From NCBI GenBank assembly GCA_964016885.1, contig OZ024752.1:45756001-45820000 (forward strand): DNA of 64,000 nt. The letters run 5' to 3'. A program made the translations under genes and the position numbers. The notes below the pieces were generated by a model. It was not told the origin of the DNA, did no database searches, and was given only the letters and a program-made list of their open reading frames with translations. Below, one piece after another: positions 1 to 15,095 of the stretch; positions within the stretch are counted from its first letter, which is position 1, and the number at the start of each line of letters is the position of its first letter. This DNA is from Eledone cirrhosa (taxonomy: Eukaryota).

Positions 1-10
1 CATATATGTT

Positions 11-55
<45 letters not shown>

Positions 56-137
56 ATGTATATATATATACAAACATACATACACACTCATATATAACTA
101 CACATACATACACACGCATATACATATACATACATAC

Positions 138-214
<77 letters not shown>

Positions 215-345
215 TATACATATAAATATATATACACACACATATACACACGCATATATATACATATATATACACGTACATATATATATATATATATATA
301 CACATATATACATATATATATATCCCCCACACACTCATATATGTT

Positions 346-404
<59 letters not shown>

Positions 405-486
405 ATGTATATATATATACAAACATACATACACACTCATATATAACTACACATACATACACACGCATATACATATACATACATAC

Positions 487-521
<35 letters not shown>

Positions 522-652
522 TATACATATATATATATATACACACACATATACACACGCATATATATACATATATATACACGTACATATATATATATAT
601 ATATATACATATATACATATATATATATCCCCCACACACTCATATATGTTTG

Positions 653-691
<39 letters not shown>

Positions 692-773
692 ATGTATATA
701 TATATACAAACATACATACACACTCATATATAACTACACATACATACACACGCATATACATATACATACATAC

Positions 774-824
<51 letters not shown>

Positions 825-1072
825 TATACATATAAATATATATACACACACATATACACACGCATATATATACATATATATACACGTACATATATATATA
901 TATATATATACACATATATACATATATATATATCCCCCACACACTCATATATGTTTGTATATATATATATATATATATGTGTATGTGTGTATGTATATAT
1001 ATATACAAACATACATACACACTCATATATAACTACACATACATACACACGCATATACATATACATACATAC

Positions 1073-1121
<49 letters not shown>

Positions 1122-1300
1122 TATACATATATATATATATATACACACACATATACACACGCATATATATACATATATATACACGTACATATATATATAT
1201 ATATATATACACATATATACATATATATATATCCCCCCCCACGCTCAGATATGTTTGTATATATATATATATATATATATATATGATATATATGTGTGTG
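1..1300. repeat. Higher-order tandem repeat, about 4 units of 300-335 bp, built from (TA)/(CA)/(TG) microsatellite blocks
   Basis: Landmark CATATATGTTTGTA recurs at about 1, 336, 641, 946 (degenerate about 1247) and TATCCCCCACACACT at about 321, 626, 931. Units differ mainly in (TA)n length. Confidence 0.9.
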
Positions 1301-1879
1301 TGTGTGTCTGTATGTATATGTATGCACGTGTGTGTGTGTGTCTGATTGAGTGTGTATATGTGTACACGTGTGTGCGATTTATGTGTTATTATATGAGTGT
1401 ATATGTGAGTCCTGGTTCTAATGATTAATCTTACAACAAGAAATGATATCACCAGAATATAAATACATATATATCTATATACATATCTATATGTATGTAT
1501 ATAGATATGTATATAGATATGTATGTATAAATACATACATATCTATATGGTGGCTGCCAACTCGTTTTCGAGTACGGCCACTACTTTATATCCATGTAGG
1601 AGAACCCCTACTGATGCGCTGAACGAGTGTGACTTTTTAGTCCAGCCAGCGACTTGAAAGCTCTGGTACAAACACTACACCTGTGACAATTATTGACACA
1701 TAGTGCTGGGCCCATGGTACCATGTGACGACAAATGCAGAGAGATCTCCAGATATAAAGCAATGCCTGTGCCGTGAAGCTTTTATAGTGAGCAAAGGCAC
1801 TGCACAAAGCCAGTCCCACTCTCTTAACCAAGATGATATTTACCAAAAAGAAGAACAAGTCAACATCATTGGATACCAT

Positions 1880-2120
1880 CAGGGTTGCAGGTGTTATATC
1901 AGAGTTTTCCTTCTCCTAGAATTCTGCCTTGACAAAGGCTAAGGGGTCATCTCTCCCGGTGATTTTGGATGGCCATTGACTCTTAAGAGCTCCTTTGCCT
2001 TTTGACAGGTTTTGTTTTTAGTCCTGCAGGATGTCCAAAGTCACCCTCCTCACCAAGAAACCTTGGTGGGGTTGCCAGTTTAGTCGCCAACGACCCGACC
2101 ATGGGACAGGTTGTACTGGA
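1880..2120 (-). mobile_element. Probable RTE-clade LINE 5' region remnant
   Basis: AGAGTTTTCCTTCTCCTAG...TGCCTTGACAAAGGCTAAG resembles the reverse complement of a motif I associate with RTE 5' UTRs (CTAGGAGAAGGAAAACTCT). Recalled similarity only, and the boundaries are approximate. Confidence 0.4.
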
Positions 2121-3232
2121 ATACATATCTATATACATATCTATATACATACATATCTATATACATATCTATATACATATCTATATACATATCTATATAC
2201 AAATATATATACAAATATATCTATATACATACATATCTATATACATACATATCTATATACATATCTATATACAAACATATCTATATATACATACATATCT
2301 ATATACATACATATCTATATATATATCTATATACAAACATATCTATATATACATACATATCTATATACATACATATCTATATATACATACTTATCTATAT
2401 ACATATCTATATACATATCTATATACAAACATATCTATATATACATACATATCTATATACATACATATCTATATACATATCTATATACAAACATATCTAT
2501 ATATACAAACATATCTATATATACATACATATCTATATACATATCTATATACATATCTATATACATATCTATATACAAACATATCTATATATACAAACAT
2601 ATCTATATACATACATATCTATATACATACATATCTATATACATATCTATATACAAACATATCTATATACATATATATACACATACATATCTATATATAT
2701 ATCTATATACAAACATATCTATATATACATACATATCTATATACATATCTATATACATATCTATATATAAACATATCTATATACATACATATCTATATAC
2801 AAACTACAAACATATCTATATATACATACATATCTATATACATATCTATATACATATCTATATACAAACATATTTATATATACAAACATATCTATATATA
2901 CATACATATCTATATACATACATATCTATATATACATACATATCTATATACATATCTATATACAAACATAACTATATATACATACATATCTATATACATA
3001 TCTATATACATATCTATATATATACAAACATATCTATATACATATATATACACATACATATCTATATACATACATATCTATATACATATCTATATACAAA
3101 CATATCTATATACATATATATACACATACATATCTATATATATATATACATATCTATATACATATCTATATACAAACATATCTATATACATATATATACA
3201 CATACATATCTATCTATATATATATATATATT
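2120..3232. repeat. Degenerate (ATATCTATATAC)n / (ATAC)n minisatellite
   Basis: Directly visible 12-18 bp periodic units; source of the IYIH-type pseudo-ORFs. Confidence 0.95.
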
Positions 3233-3547
3233 AGGAGAGCCAAAGACAGTGAGACGATGGGTGTTTATAGTTTACAGTAAGAAGGAACGGTTGGTTGTCG
3301 TAGGAGTTAGTTTAGAGGCAGGGTTTAATCACAGCAGACATCAGATCTTTGAAATAGTATCCCAGATAAGATAGAATGAAGATGTTCCGCGTATTGCCCC
3401 CGTACGCCTAGATAGAGAGAAAGAGTGCAACCTTGGGGGTGGTTTTGATCATTCGTACTTGATAAAACAAACCCTTAGTTCCTATGTTAACCTTTCCGTT
3501 ATATGTGTATAAATAAACGCACAGATGTATGTACACACACACACACA

Positions 3548-3599
<52 letters not shown>

Positions 3600-3604
3600 T
3601 AGAT

Positions 3605-3815
<211 letters not shown>

Positions 3816-3851
3816 TTATTACTATATATATATATAAATATATATATATAT

Positions 3852-4038
3852 GTAGTAATAATAATAAATTTGAAGACTAAAATCCAAAGAGGGCTCGATA
3901 AGGATAAATATATATCAAATATACAAGAACGGTAGAGCAAATATTTATTAAAATAACAGATTAAAGTTTAAGCAAAGAATCGCTGCTTTCAACCCTTGAC
4001 GGGATCTTCTGAAGATCCCGTTAAGAGCGAAAGCAGCG
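3852..4038. mobile_element. Penelope-like terminal repeat remnant (family D), rearranged, ending in a palindrome at 3981-4038
   Basis: Shares both segments with 58858-59015, but in the opposite relative orientation. Inverted repeat CGCTGCTTTC...GGGATCTTC/T/GAAGATCCC...GAAAGCAGCG, next to (TA)n. Confidence 0.6.
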
Positions 4039-4257
4039 GGGTCCGGGTAAATTTTCATTCACAGATATTTTTTATTTGTTTGACCCGAATTACTTGATCG
4101 TCTTTTTGGCTATGCGAATGACTGTTTAACCATCGTCTCAGTGTGTTTGGCCTTTAACGTATGTTATAGCTCTGGTTCATCTGAATCATTGAGCACTTGC
4201 CACACATCTCGGAGGTTGTTTTTCGTTATTTCGTGGGCCGAAATGCGATTCTCGATA

Positions 4258-4320
<63 letters not shown>

Positions 4321-4334
4321 TTTTAATATAGATG

Positions 4335-4385
4335 AGATTCTACAGGACTAGAACTGTTTCATTCTTTAGAAATCACCAGGAATCT
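4335..4385 (-). ncRNA. Type I hammerhead ribozyme-like motif (family A) with core mutation CUGGUGA
   Basis: Minus strand reads AGATTC CTGGTGA TTTCTAAAGAAT GAAA CAG TTCTAGTC CTG TA GAATCT. Stem I is 6 bp, stem III is ACAG/CTGT, and the site is GUA. Core A6 is changed to G. Confidence 0.7.
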
Positions 4386-4552
4386 GGGTATCAAAAAATA
4401 AATATGGTATTTATAGGTCTCTACAAGTGGTAGGAGAGGGTGGGGAGTGGGATGGGTGTAGGTCATTGGTTGATAGAAAAGGGAATTCATTAAAAGCTAA
4501 TTCTACAAAGCTATAGTTTATTTTTCCTCCGATTCAACCCGGAATAACGTAC

Positions 4553-4629
<77 letters not shown>

Positions 4630-4820
4630 ATATTAAAAAAATAATGAATAAAACAATGAAACAGTTCCTTATATTAAACAAAAAAAGTTCATTATTTAAC
4701 GATCGTTTCTAGGATATATATGTGTTAGAATTGGCATGCATATTCAACAGATCTATGTACAAAATTATACCGTAAACTGTTGGTAGATTTATCTACATAT
4801 ATATATATATATATATATAT

Positions 4821-5020
4821 TTAATGTAGAAAGGCTTCTACAGGACTAGAACTGTTTCATTCCGCAGAAATCATCAGGGCTTCCTGATGATTTCTCCGGA
4901 ATGAAACAGTTCAAGTCCTGTAGAAGCCTTTTTCTACTTTTCTACATTAAATATGTATACTCTGCTTTGTATTGAGCACCTTACTTACTGTGGTTACCCC
5001 CGATTGAACCCGGGATACAC
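4821..5020. mobile_element. Palindromic Penelope-like terminal repeat (family A) next to (TA)n
   Basis: Inverted arms at about 4831-4877 and 4883-4930. The downstream ATACTCTGC...GTATTGAGCACCTTACTTACTGTGGTTA matches 17909-17948 in reverse complement. Confidence 0.7.
4878..4928 (+). ncRNA. Type I hammerhead ribozyme (family A), intact core
   Basis: GGCTTC CTGATGA TTTCTCCGGAAT GAAA CAG TTCAAGTC CTG TA GAAGCC. Stem I is GGCTTC/GAAGCC, stem II TTC/GAA, stem III ACAG/CTGT. Predicted cleavage after GUA (4922). Confidence 0.8.
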
Positions 5021-5299
5021 TTATATATATATATACATACATACATGATACTGTATGTATAGACGTATGTATGTATTTATGTAAATGCAAATTGTTTATG
5101 GTTGTATAGAAAAGCTTACATATGTAGTGTGAGTTATAATAGTGTTTAGGATGTGTTGTTTGTAAGACAACAATTGGAAGAGGAGTGTCTGAGAAATGAA
5201 AAGCTTGCAAAGTTGTTACAAGAACGAAACCCCCTGAAATTCCATTGTACTCAACATTTATATATGAATATTTCTTTCTTTATATACACACACACACAC

Positions 5300-5380
<81 letters not shown>

Positions 5381-5628
5381 TATATACATATATATATACA
5401 TACACAGACATATATATACATATATATATATACATACACACTCACATATATATATATATATAAATACACACATATTATGATATATATGTATATATACATA
5501 CACACATATATATATACATATATGTATATATACATACACACATATATACTTATATATATATACATAAACATTGGGTAAGAAAGTGCTATTATACCCTATA
5601 TATATATATATGTATATATATATATGTG

Positions 5629-5787
<159 letters not shown>

Positions 5788-6539
5788 CAGGATGTTGTAG
5801 TTAGGCTGACGCATTGTTGTATAGGAAACATATATTTAAATAATTTTGAAAACCATACAATGCATTAGAAAATTAAAGATGTCAAGATAATAATTCAGAA
5901 ATGCTTCCACCGCCCTTGTAAAGGTATTCCAGTCTTTTATACACACAGTGTATTTAGTACTATGATACATCATCTCGTTTTCTTACCTTTATCTAAGAGA
6001 GAATGATGTGATTTAAACCACAGTTCGGCTATTTTATGTAGCAAGTGGAGCTAGGATGTAAAAGTGCCGCTGTTGACTGGCAATATTTATTTAACTGTGG
6101 AATGAACGTTCAGTAGTAATGAAAAGAAAGATCGCTTGTGCTGTACCAGCGGGGGAAAATAAATAATAAATAATGAAAAAATGATTTACTTCTTTTATGT
6201 TCACAGCTATATCTTATTAATTCAGGTGTAAACATACACAGAGAGAAGTAGATACGTTAACACACACACACACACACACACACACTCATTCGCACTCAGA
6301 CCTACCTGAACATATATATATATTCACACACTCACACATACACACATACTCACACGCAGACTTACCTGAGCATATATATATATATTTATATATACTTATA
6401 TTTATATATATATATTTATATTTATATATTTATATTTATATATATGTATATATATATTCACACTCTCACACATACACACAGACAGACAAATAAATAAGTA
6501 GATAGATAAATAGATAGATAGGTAGATAGGTAGACAGTG

Positions 6540-6609
<70 letters not shown>

Positions 6610-6780
6610 GTAGGTAGTTAGGTAGGTTGGTAGATAGACAGATAAATAGATAGAAAACCGAACAGCTTGACAAATAGGCCTGCTGTGAATATAAAAAAGA
6701 TATTGTGTATATAATACATATTATACGTGTATATAATACATATTATACGTGAGTATGTGTGTATATATATATATATATAT

Positions 6781-7035
6781 ACACACGCATACTCACGTAT
6801 ACACACACATATACACACGCATACACACATACTCACGTTTACACACATATGCACACATATACACACATACTCACGTATACCCACACATATACACACACAT
6901 ACTCACGTATACACACACATGCACACATATACACACACATACTCACGTATACCCACACATATACACACACATACTCACGTATACACACACATGCACACAT
7001 ATACACACACATACTCACGTATACACACACACGTA
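6781..7035. repeat. Composite minisatellite with ATACTCACGTATACACACAC units
   Basis: Repeated units are directly visible; this is the reverse complement of the array at 7800-8560. Confidence 0.85.
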
Positions 7036-7249
7036 TGTATATATATATATAACCATTTTGTTTGTTTACCCTAGCGTCCCCTTTATTTACGTGTCCCAAC
7101 GACTTTTTTTAGCCGTTGCTCGCACCAACCCGAGGTATATGGCCTTTAAAGCGATGAAATGCCTACGACGGTTGGAAGGCCACTGATGAAGGACAAACTT
7201 TTTCATATGTAACCCATTTGCAACGCCGCAGCTCCGTTATTATCATATT

Positions 7250-7317
<68 letters not shown>

Positions 7318-7799
7318 TAATACATACATAATACATACATTCATAATGTGTGTGTGATAAGAAAACGAGTGGTTTATTTGAATTCTTAACTTTTGGTTGC
7401 CTGTTTGAGTCTCAAGTGATTGCAACATTGGTAACTCACATTCAGCCATTATATAGGACCAAAGAACCATTAGCAAAATTCTGAACGTAACAGACAATGG
7501 CGGAATAAAGTGAATTTCTGCTTTTATCACTTATTATCTGACGCTTATAACCTATTTCTTGTACCAGGGTCCCGCTTTAAATGTGGGTTCCTTCCCAAAC
7601 TGGAGAAGGGGTGAATGTAGATGTCTTCATAATATTCATGATATTCTATTGGTGTTTAACCAACCAGAATTTCATTGTTTGTTTAGATGGTGTGGTTCAA
7701 TGGAAAGGTGTATATATAGAGAGATATATAATGGTGAGTAAAAGTGTATGTCTTCAACACCACCGCCGCCGCCGTGTGAGCAGTGCTATTGTGTGTGTG

Positions 7800-8560
7800 T
7801 GTGAGTATGTGTGTGTATATGTGTGTGTATGTGTGTGTATATGTGTGTATATGTGTGTGTATGTGTGTGTGTATGTGTGTATGTGTGTGTATACGTGAGT
7901 ATGTGTGTGTATATGTGTGTATGTGTGTGTGTATACGTGTGTATGTGTGTGTATATGTGTGTATGTGTGTGTATATGTGTGTATACGTGAGTATGTGTGT
8001 GTATATGTGTGTATGTGTGTGTATATGTGTGTATACGTGAGTATGTGTGTGTATATGTGTGTATACGTGAGTATGTGTGTGTATATGTGTGTATATGTGT
8101 GTATGTGTGTGTATATGTGTGTATACGTGAGTATGTGTGTGTATATGTGTGTATACGTGAGTATGTGTGTGTATATGTGTGTATGTGTGTGTATACGTGT
8201 GTATGTGTGTGTATGTGTGTGTATACCTGAGTATGTGTGTATATGTGTATATGTGTGTGTATATGTGCGTATATGTGTGTATATGTGTGTATACGTGAGT
8301 ATGTGTGTGTATATGTGTGTATGTGTGCGTATATGTGTGTGTGTATGTGTGTATATGTGTGTATACGTGAGTATATGTGTGTATATGTGTGTGTATATGT
8401 GTGTATATGTGTGTATATGTGAGTATGTGTGTGTATATGTGTGTGTATATGTGTGTATATGTGTGTATACGTGAGTATGTGTGTGTATATGTGTGTGTGT
8501 GTGTATATGTGTGTATACGTGAGTATGTGTTTGTATATGTGTGTATGTGAGTCTGTGAAT
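7800..8560. repeat. Composite minisatellite with GTATACGTGAGTATGTGTGT units
   Basis: Repeated units are directly visible; inverted relative to 6781-7035. Confidence 0.85.
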
Positions 8561-8772
8561 GCGTGTATGTGTGTGTATGTGTGAGTGTGTATAAAAGAGG
8601 TAGAGATGAAAGTGTATTATTTTAGTTATATATCTTCAATAAGATTGCAATGAAAGAAGATGTCTGGTAAAGAAAACAACAACAGCAGCAGCAACAACAA
8701 CAACAACAACACTGTGTTGAGAGTAGAGGAAGAGAGAGTAGGAAAGAAGAAGAAGAAGAAGAAGAAGAAGAA

Positions 8773-8803
<31 letters not shown>

Positions 8804-9589
8804 AAGAAGAAGAAGAAGAAGAAAGAAAGGAATGAAAAGAAAAGATAATAGAAAGGAAAGGAAGAAAAAGATAGAAAGAAGGTAGTAGATGAAAGAAAAT
8901 GAATAAGAAGAAATGATAAAAGTATGGAAACTTGAAAGAGAAACTCTAGAGTCTGATGGTAAAAAAAATGTTGTTGTTATAGTTGTTATTCAATAACAAA
9001 ATATATAAGTTTTGTATTCATCTTTGCAAGAATGTTCTTGATTCTTTCTTATGGAGGGGTTTAACATTTAAAATGACTCAATGTAAATACAAACTGGAAG
9101 TTTTTTGTGGCCGCTGATATTAAGAAACTAATCAGCTATAAAAAATATATATATCATTTATGTAAAACATGAAAGAATTGTGACAAGAAAAAAAAGCGAC
9201 ACAAAAAATACACCACACAATATATAAATGTAAAATGGCGTTTTATATATTTTACCAAGAAAGCATTTATTGAAGGAAGTACTCCATTCTCATCGGCCAT
9301 TACATTTGTCGCCCATGTTTCTAACATAAATGTAAACATGTATTGGTTTTTGTGAGTTTTTTTTTCTTTAAATTAAGACTATCTTTTGATGAAAAACATT
9401 TCATCATTATGTAAACGATACGTATACAAAAATAACATTAAAATAATGTTTGAAAATTAATAATATATATCTGTTACTTCTAAAGTTTCCAGTTGAGTCT
9501 TAAATTTCTAACATCCTGTACTGCATCAAACCACACTAAGCAGACATTCTTGTAAAGCACAAAACCACACTATGCTTCACATTATAATA

Positions 9590-10058
9590 TTCTTCTTGTG
9601 ACGCTAAGCTCCGCCAGGTGCAGACATGCAGTTGAGTCAACATATGATATCTCTCTCCACAAAGTTCGATCACCAACAGCAGAGTTCAAAGAGCAAAGAT
9701 CAAGTCCAGTCCATAAGTTAATATTGTCACGTCATCGTTTTGGCTGCCAACCTCTGCTTCTCTTACCAGCCAACCTTCCTTCCAGGCATAACCTACTCAC
9801 ACCACGAGTTGATCTTTTTATATGGCCGTATAGTTTGAGTACTCTTGACTTGACAATTGATGTAATTGGTCTAAGCTTGGTAATGTTGAGCAGCTCACTG
9901 ATACAGATACGATCGCTGAGCCGCTTGCCAGTCATAAGTCTCATGATGTGGTTCTGGAATATAGAGAGCTTCTGAAGTGATCTTGTAGTCCAATTAACAC
10001 AGTCAATGTCATATAACACAACTGGTAGGATGTAAGTATCAAAGATCTTAGCCTTCAA
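9590..10058 (-). mobile_element. 5'-truncated RTE-like LINE 3' end (degenerate RT C-terminal region)
   Basis: ORF 9732-10058 (KAKIFDTYILPVVLY...KLYGHIKR...LEGRLAGKRSRGWQPKR) matches the typical LINE post-RT pattern (ILPVLLYG..W, W.GH..R, GKR.RGRP..RW). There is a stop at the expected W, and similarity continues past it (RTLWREI). Confidence 0.85.
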
Positions 10059-10459
10059 ATGATAGGAAACAACATGGTGGCATTAATTACAATACTAGGC
10101 ACACAAGTAAAATATACTAATTCAGCACTGTGGTGGCAGCAAAAACCAGGTGATAGCTACATGAAAAAGAAAGAGGGTTGGGGAAGTAACAACACACAGA
10201 GAAACATAGTGAAATATATATTAGATATCGCTGTTCGAAGCTGATAAAGACGTTTACATATGTACATATAATAAATATCCATTTAGCTTCACTGTACAAA
10301 TAGAGGCTCTGCCTTCGTCTGATTATAACAGAGTCTATTTGGACAGCCAGGCTAAATGTATGTTTATTAAACGTATAGTTATTTACAATATAAACACGTA
10401 CAAACATATACTAGCTTACTACGTTAACTAATTATATACACACACATACACATGTATGT

Positions 10460-10594
<135 letters not shown>

Positions 10595-10647
10595 AAAGGA
10601 AAAAATATATTTTTCTTCCTAATAATCGTCTTTTTCTACCTATTTTC

Positions 10648-10785
<138 letters not shown>

Positions 10786-11622
10786 GTATATATCTTCCCT
10801 CACTCTTGCTCTACTCCCTCACCCTCTCTCTTTCCTCAATCTCTTTATCTCCTCGCCCTTTCGCTCTCATCCACCCCTTTCTCCCTCCCCTCTCTCCCTC
10901 ATTTACCCCTCTCGCTTTCTTTCATCCTCTCATCACCCTCTCATCCTTCCCGACTCTCTCTCGTCCCCCCCTCTCTCTTTTTCTCTCTAAAACTTTGTCC
11001 ACCCCCTTCCCTTTCATTACCTCCCTAATTTAACTTCAATTCCCACATAAACACACTCACCTTGTGTATAGTTATCTCACTCTCCCCCCCTCCACTCTCC
11101 CCCTCACTCTCTCCCCCTCACTCTCTCTCTCCCCTAAGTCTCTCTCCCCTCTCACCTCACTCTCTAAAACTCTGTACATCCCCCCATCCCTCTCTAATTT
11201 ACCCTGATTCCACCCAGAAACACACTCACCTGTGTGTAGTTATTTATTTCACCTGTAACTTAATTAGTAAAAACACAGTTCTGATTTGAATGGTAGCTTC
11301 AATTTTAGCTTTGTGTTATGGTTCGTTGCGATTTCCCGTGATCGTTAATGAGTTCGATCTAAAATTGCTTGAATCAATAAGTTTACTCTCTAACCAAGCT
11401 TTAGGATTTTTTAAAACATATTTGTTTAGTTTTTCAACAAATGTTATTTTTCGTGGTGGGGTTATCGACCGAATCTAGTTATAAAGGATTTACCGAGCAG
11501 GATAATTCTGTAGGGGTCTTGCTTATAAAAGGGTTCAACTAAATGACCCGGAGTTTTGTTGTCAGAAAACTCATCGGAATATTTATTGAGCCGATCGTGA
11601 TGTCATGGCTGTTCTCTCTCCA

Positions 11623-11845
11623 CCCTTTAGCATTTAAACCGACCATATCCGGCCAGAATATTCTTACCTTTTTCTGTTCAAACTGGCCGTAACCGGCCAC
11701 TCATACCGACATTAAGGTATTGTTCTCAAAATAAATAATATCAAAATCTCATAGATTCGATATTATGTGAGATAATTATGGGAGGTAAAGCCTTTACTGT
11801 GAAAATACAATAGTATATATATAGAGTAATGTAAATGCTAAAGGG
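11623..11845. mobile_element. piggyBac-like MITE
   Basis: Terminal inverted repeats CCCTTTAGCATTTA / TAAATGCTAAAGGG, followed by TTAA on the right. A second copy starts at 48471. Confidence 0.7.
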
Positions 11846-12814
11846 TTAAAGAAAATACGTACTAGGGGTCAATATCCTTTCAATGTGGTGCCCCAGAAAG
11901 AGTGCAGGAGCAAGAAAGTAAGAGAAACGAAAGCAATAAATAAGGGTGAGAAGCGAGAGAGAGGGAGAGAAAGAGGGGTATGGAGTAGAGAGAATGTATC
12001 CATTGCTTAACTGTTTAAGGAATCTCTGGGGAAAACTGGTGAGTAACCCACACTGGATCTGTTTAAGCCATATACGCAGCTGTCCACAGTCGAAAAAGTG
12101 TTCAAGTTTTATGCATATGTAACAACAGCGAGGAGGAAGAGAAGAATTTACTCAATATACACACGTACGCACAAGAGTTAATAGCGATTGAATTATCTCA
12201 GTTTGACCAAACAGTTTTATTCGGATAAACAAATTTCATATTCAATAAAAAATTTTAATAATAATGGGAAGGGTGGAGCAGAAAATATTGAGAGGTCATC
12301 TTGTATTGTAATGTACAGAAAGAAACAAAAATGAAAAAATTGCTTTGTATATATGACTGTTTGTTTTACTTACTGTATGTGCTGGAGAGCTTAAAAAGTG
12401 GGTCAGATAATTTCTGAATATGCATTAAATATGGTGCAAAATATAAAATAACAATTACACCATTGATTCCATGATGTCTTTTCAAAATCATCAAAGATAA
12501 AATGAAAACAAATAAATCAAGAAATAAATAAATGAATCAAGAAAGAAAGAAAAAAAGAAGCGAAAATTGTATGAAAATAAATATGAGAATAAAAATGGCG
12601 AAAGAAATTGTAAATGGAAAATATCTAAAATCAATAAAAGATTTTAAAATTGGTGTTTTAGGCCTCCCACAAATATTCGTAAATATTTTTGTTCTTGTAG
12701 GCTACGGAGAATAAAAGGAAGAATAAGATAAAAAGCAGACGACCGTTTCATAAAATACAAAAGCAATCAGTTAAGATGAAAATAATATAAATACTCATCA
12801 TGATATTTTTCAAT

Positions 12815-13515
12815 AATGTACATAGTGTATATAGTGTATATAATGTATAGAGTGTATATAATGTATAGAGTGTATATAATGTATATAATGTATATAATGT
12901 ATAAAATGTATATAGTGTATATAATGTATATAGTGTATATAATGTATATAGTGTATATAATGTATAAAATGTATATAGTGTATATAATGTATATATAGTG
13001 TATATAGTGTATATAATGTATATAGTGTATATAATGTATAGAGTGTATATAATGTATATAATGTATATAATGTATAAAATGTATATAGTGTATATAATGT
13101 ATATAGTGTATATAATGTATATAGTATATATAGTGTATATAATGTATATATAGTGTATATAATGTATAAAATGTATATAGTATATATAATGTATATAGTG
13201 TATATAATGTATATAGTGAATATAGTGTATATAGTGTATATAATGTATATAGTGTATATAATGTATATAATGTATATAATGTATATAGTGTATATAATGT
13301 ATATAGTGTATATAGTGTATATAATGTATAGAGTGTATATAATGTATTTAATGTATATAGTGTATATAATGTATATACTGTATATAATGTATATAGTGTA
13401 TATAGTGTATATATAGTGTATATAATGTATATATAATGTATATAGTGTATATAATGTATATAATGTATATAGTGTATATAATGTATATAGTGCATATAGT
13501 GTATATAGTGTGTAT
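12815..13515. repeat. (TATATAATG/TATATAGTG)n 9-11 bp minisatellite
   Basis: Directly visible periodicity. Confidence 0.95.
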
Positions 13516-13565
13516 ATATATTTGTTGTACATCTATTGATATATATATATTATGGATATTATGTA

Positions 13566-14005
<440 letters not shown>

Positions 14006-14064
14006 TACATACATACACACACACTTACATTCATTCAGCTACAAATTATTCAACTAATATATAC

Positions 14065-14830
14065 GAATGTATGTATAAATGTATGTATATATGTATGTAT
14101 ATATGTATGTATATATGTATGTATAAATGTATGTATATATGTATGCATATATGTATGCATATATGTATGTATATATGTATGTATATATGTATGTATATAT
14201 GTATGTATAAATGTATGTATATATGTATGCATATATGTATGTATATATGTATGTATATTATGTATGTATATATGTATATATGTATGTATATATGTATGTA
14301 TATATGTATGTATATATGTATGTATATTATGTATGTATACATGTATGTATATATGTATGTATATATGTATGTATATTATGTATGTATATATGTATGCATA
14401 TATGTATGTATATATGTATGCATATATGTATGCATATATGTATGTATATATGTATGCATATATGTATGCATATATGTATGTATATATGTATGCATATATG
14501 TATGTATATATGTATGTATATTATGTATGTATATATGTATATATGTATGTATATATGTATGTATATATGTATGTATATATGTATGTATATATGTATGTAT
14601 ATATGTATGTATATATGTATATATGTATGTATATATGTATATATGTATGTATATATGTATGTATATATGTATGTATATATGTATGCATATATGTATGCAT
14701 ATATGTATGCATATATGTATGTATATATGTATGTATGTATCTCTTTCTCTTAATTTCTTTATGTATGTATATATATGTATGTATATTATGTATGTATTTA
14801 TATGTATGTATATTATGTATGTATATTATG
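14065..14830. repeat. (TATATGTATGTA)n 12-mer microsatellite
   Basis: Directly visible. Confidence 0.95.
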
Positions 14831-14844
14831 TATGCATGCATATC

Positions 14845-14879
<35 letters not shown>

Positions 14880-15020
14880 TGTATGCATGTATCCATTTGT
14901 GTGTATGTATGTGTGTGTGTATATATATATTTAAGAGAAAGGAGAAAAGAACAAAGATATATATATATAATTGTTTCTACTTTAGGCACAAGGCCAGCTA
15001 TCACCGAGTGCATTACTGGT

Positions 15021-15095
<75 letters not shown>

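Noticed and set aside
6-3374. Long I/Y/H/T-rich ORFs here and throughout the window (for example 13436-15100, 29008-29833, 50900-51770, 60272-61421)
   Set aside because: They are translations of (TA)n/(CA)n/(TATG)n repeats that lack stop codons by composition, are open in several frames and strands, and have no domain signal.
7183-7220. CTGATGA resembling a hammerhead core
   Set aside because: No downstream GAAA, stem III or stem I partner; at most a truncated remnant.
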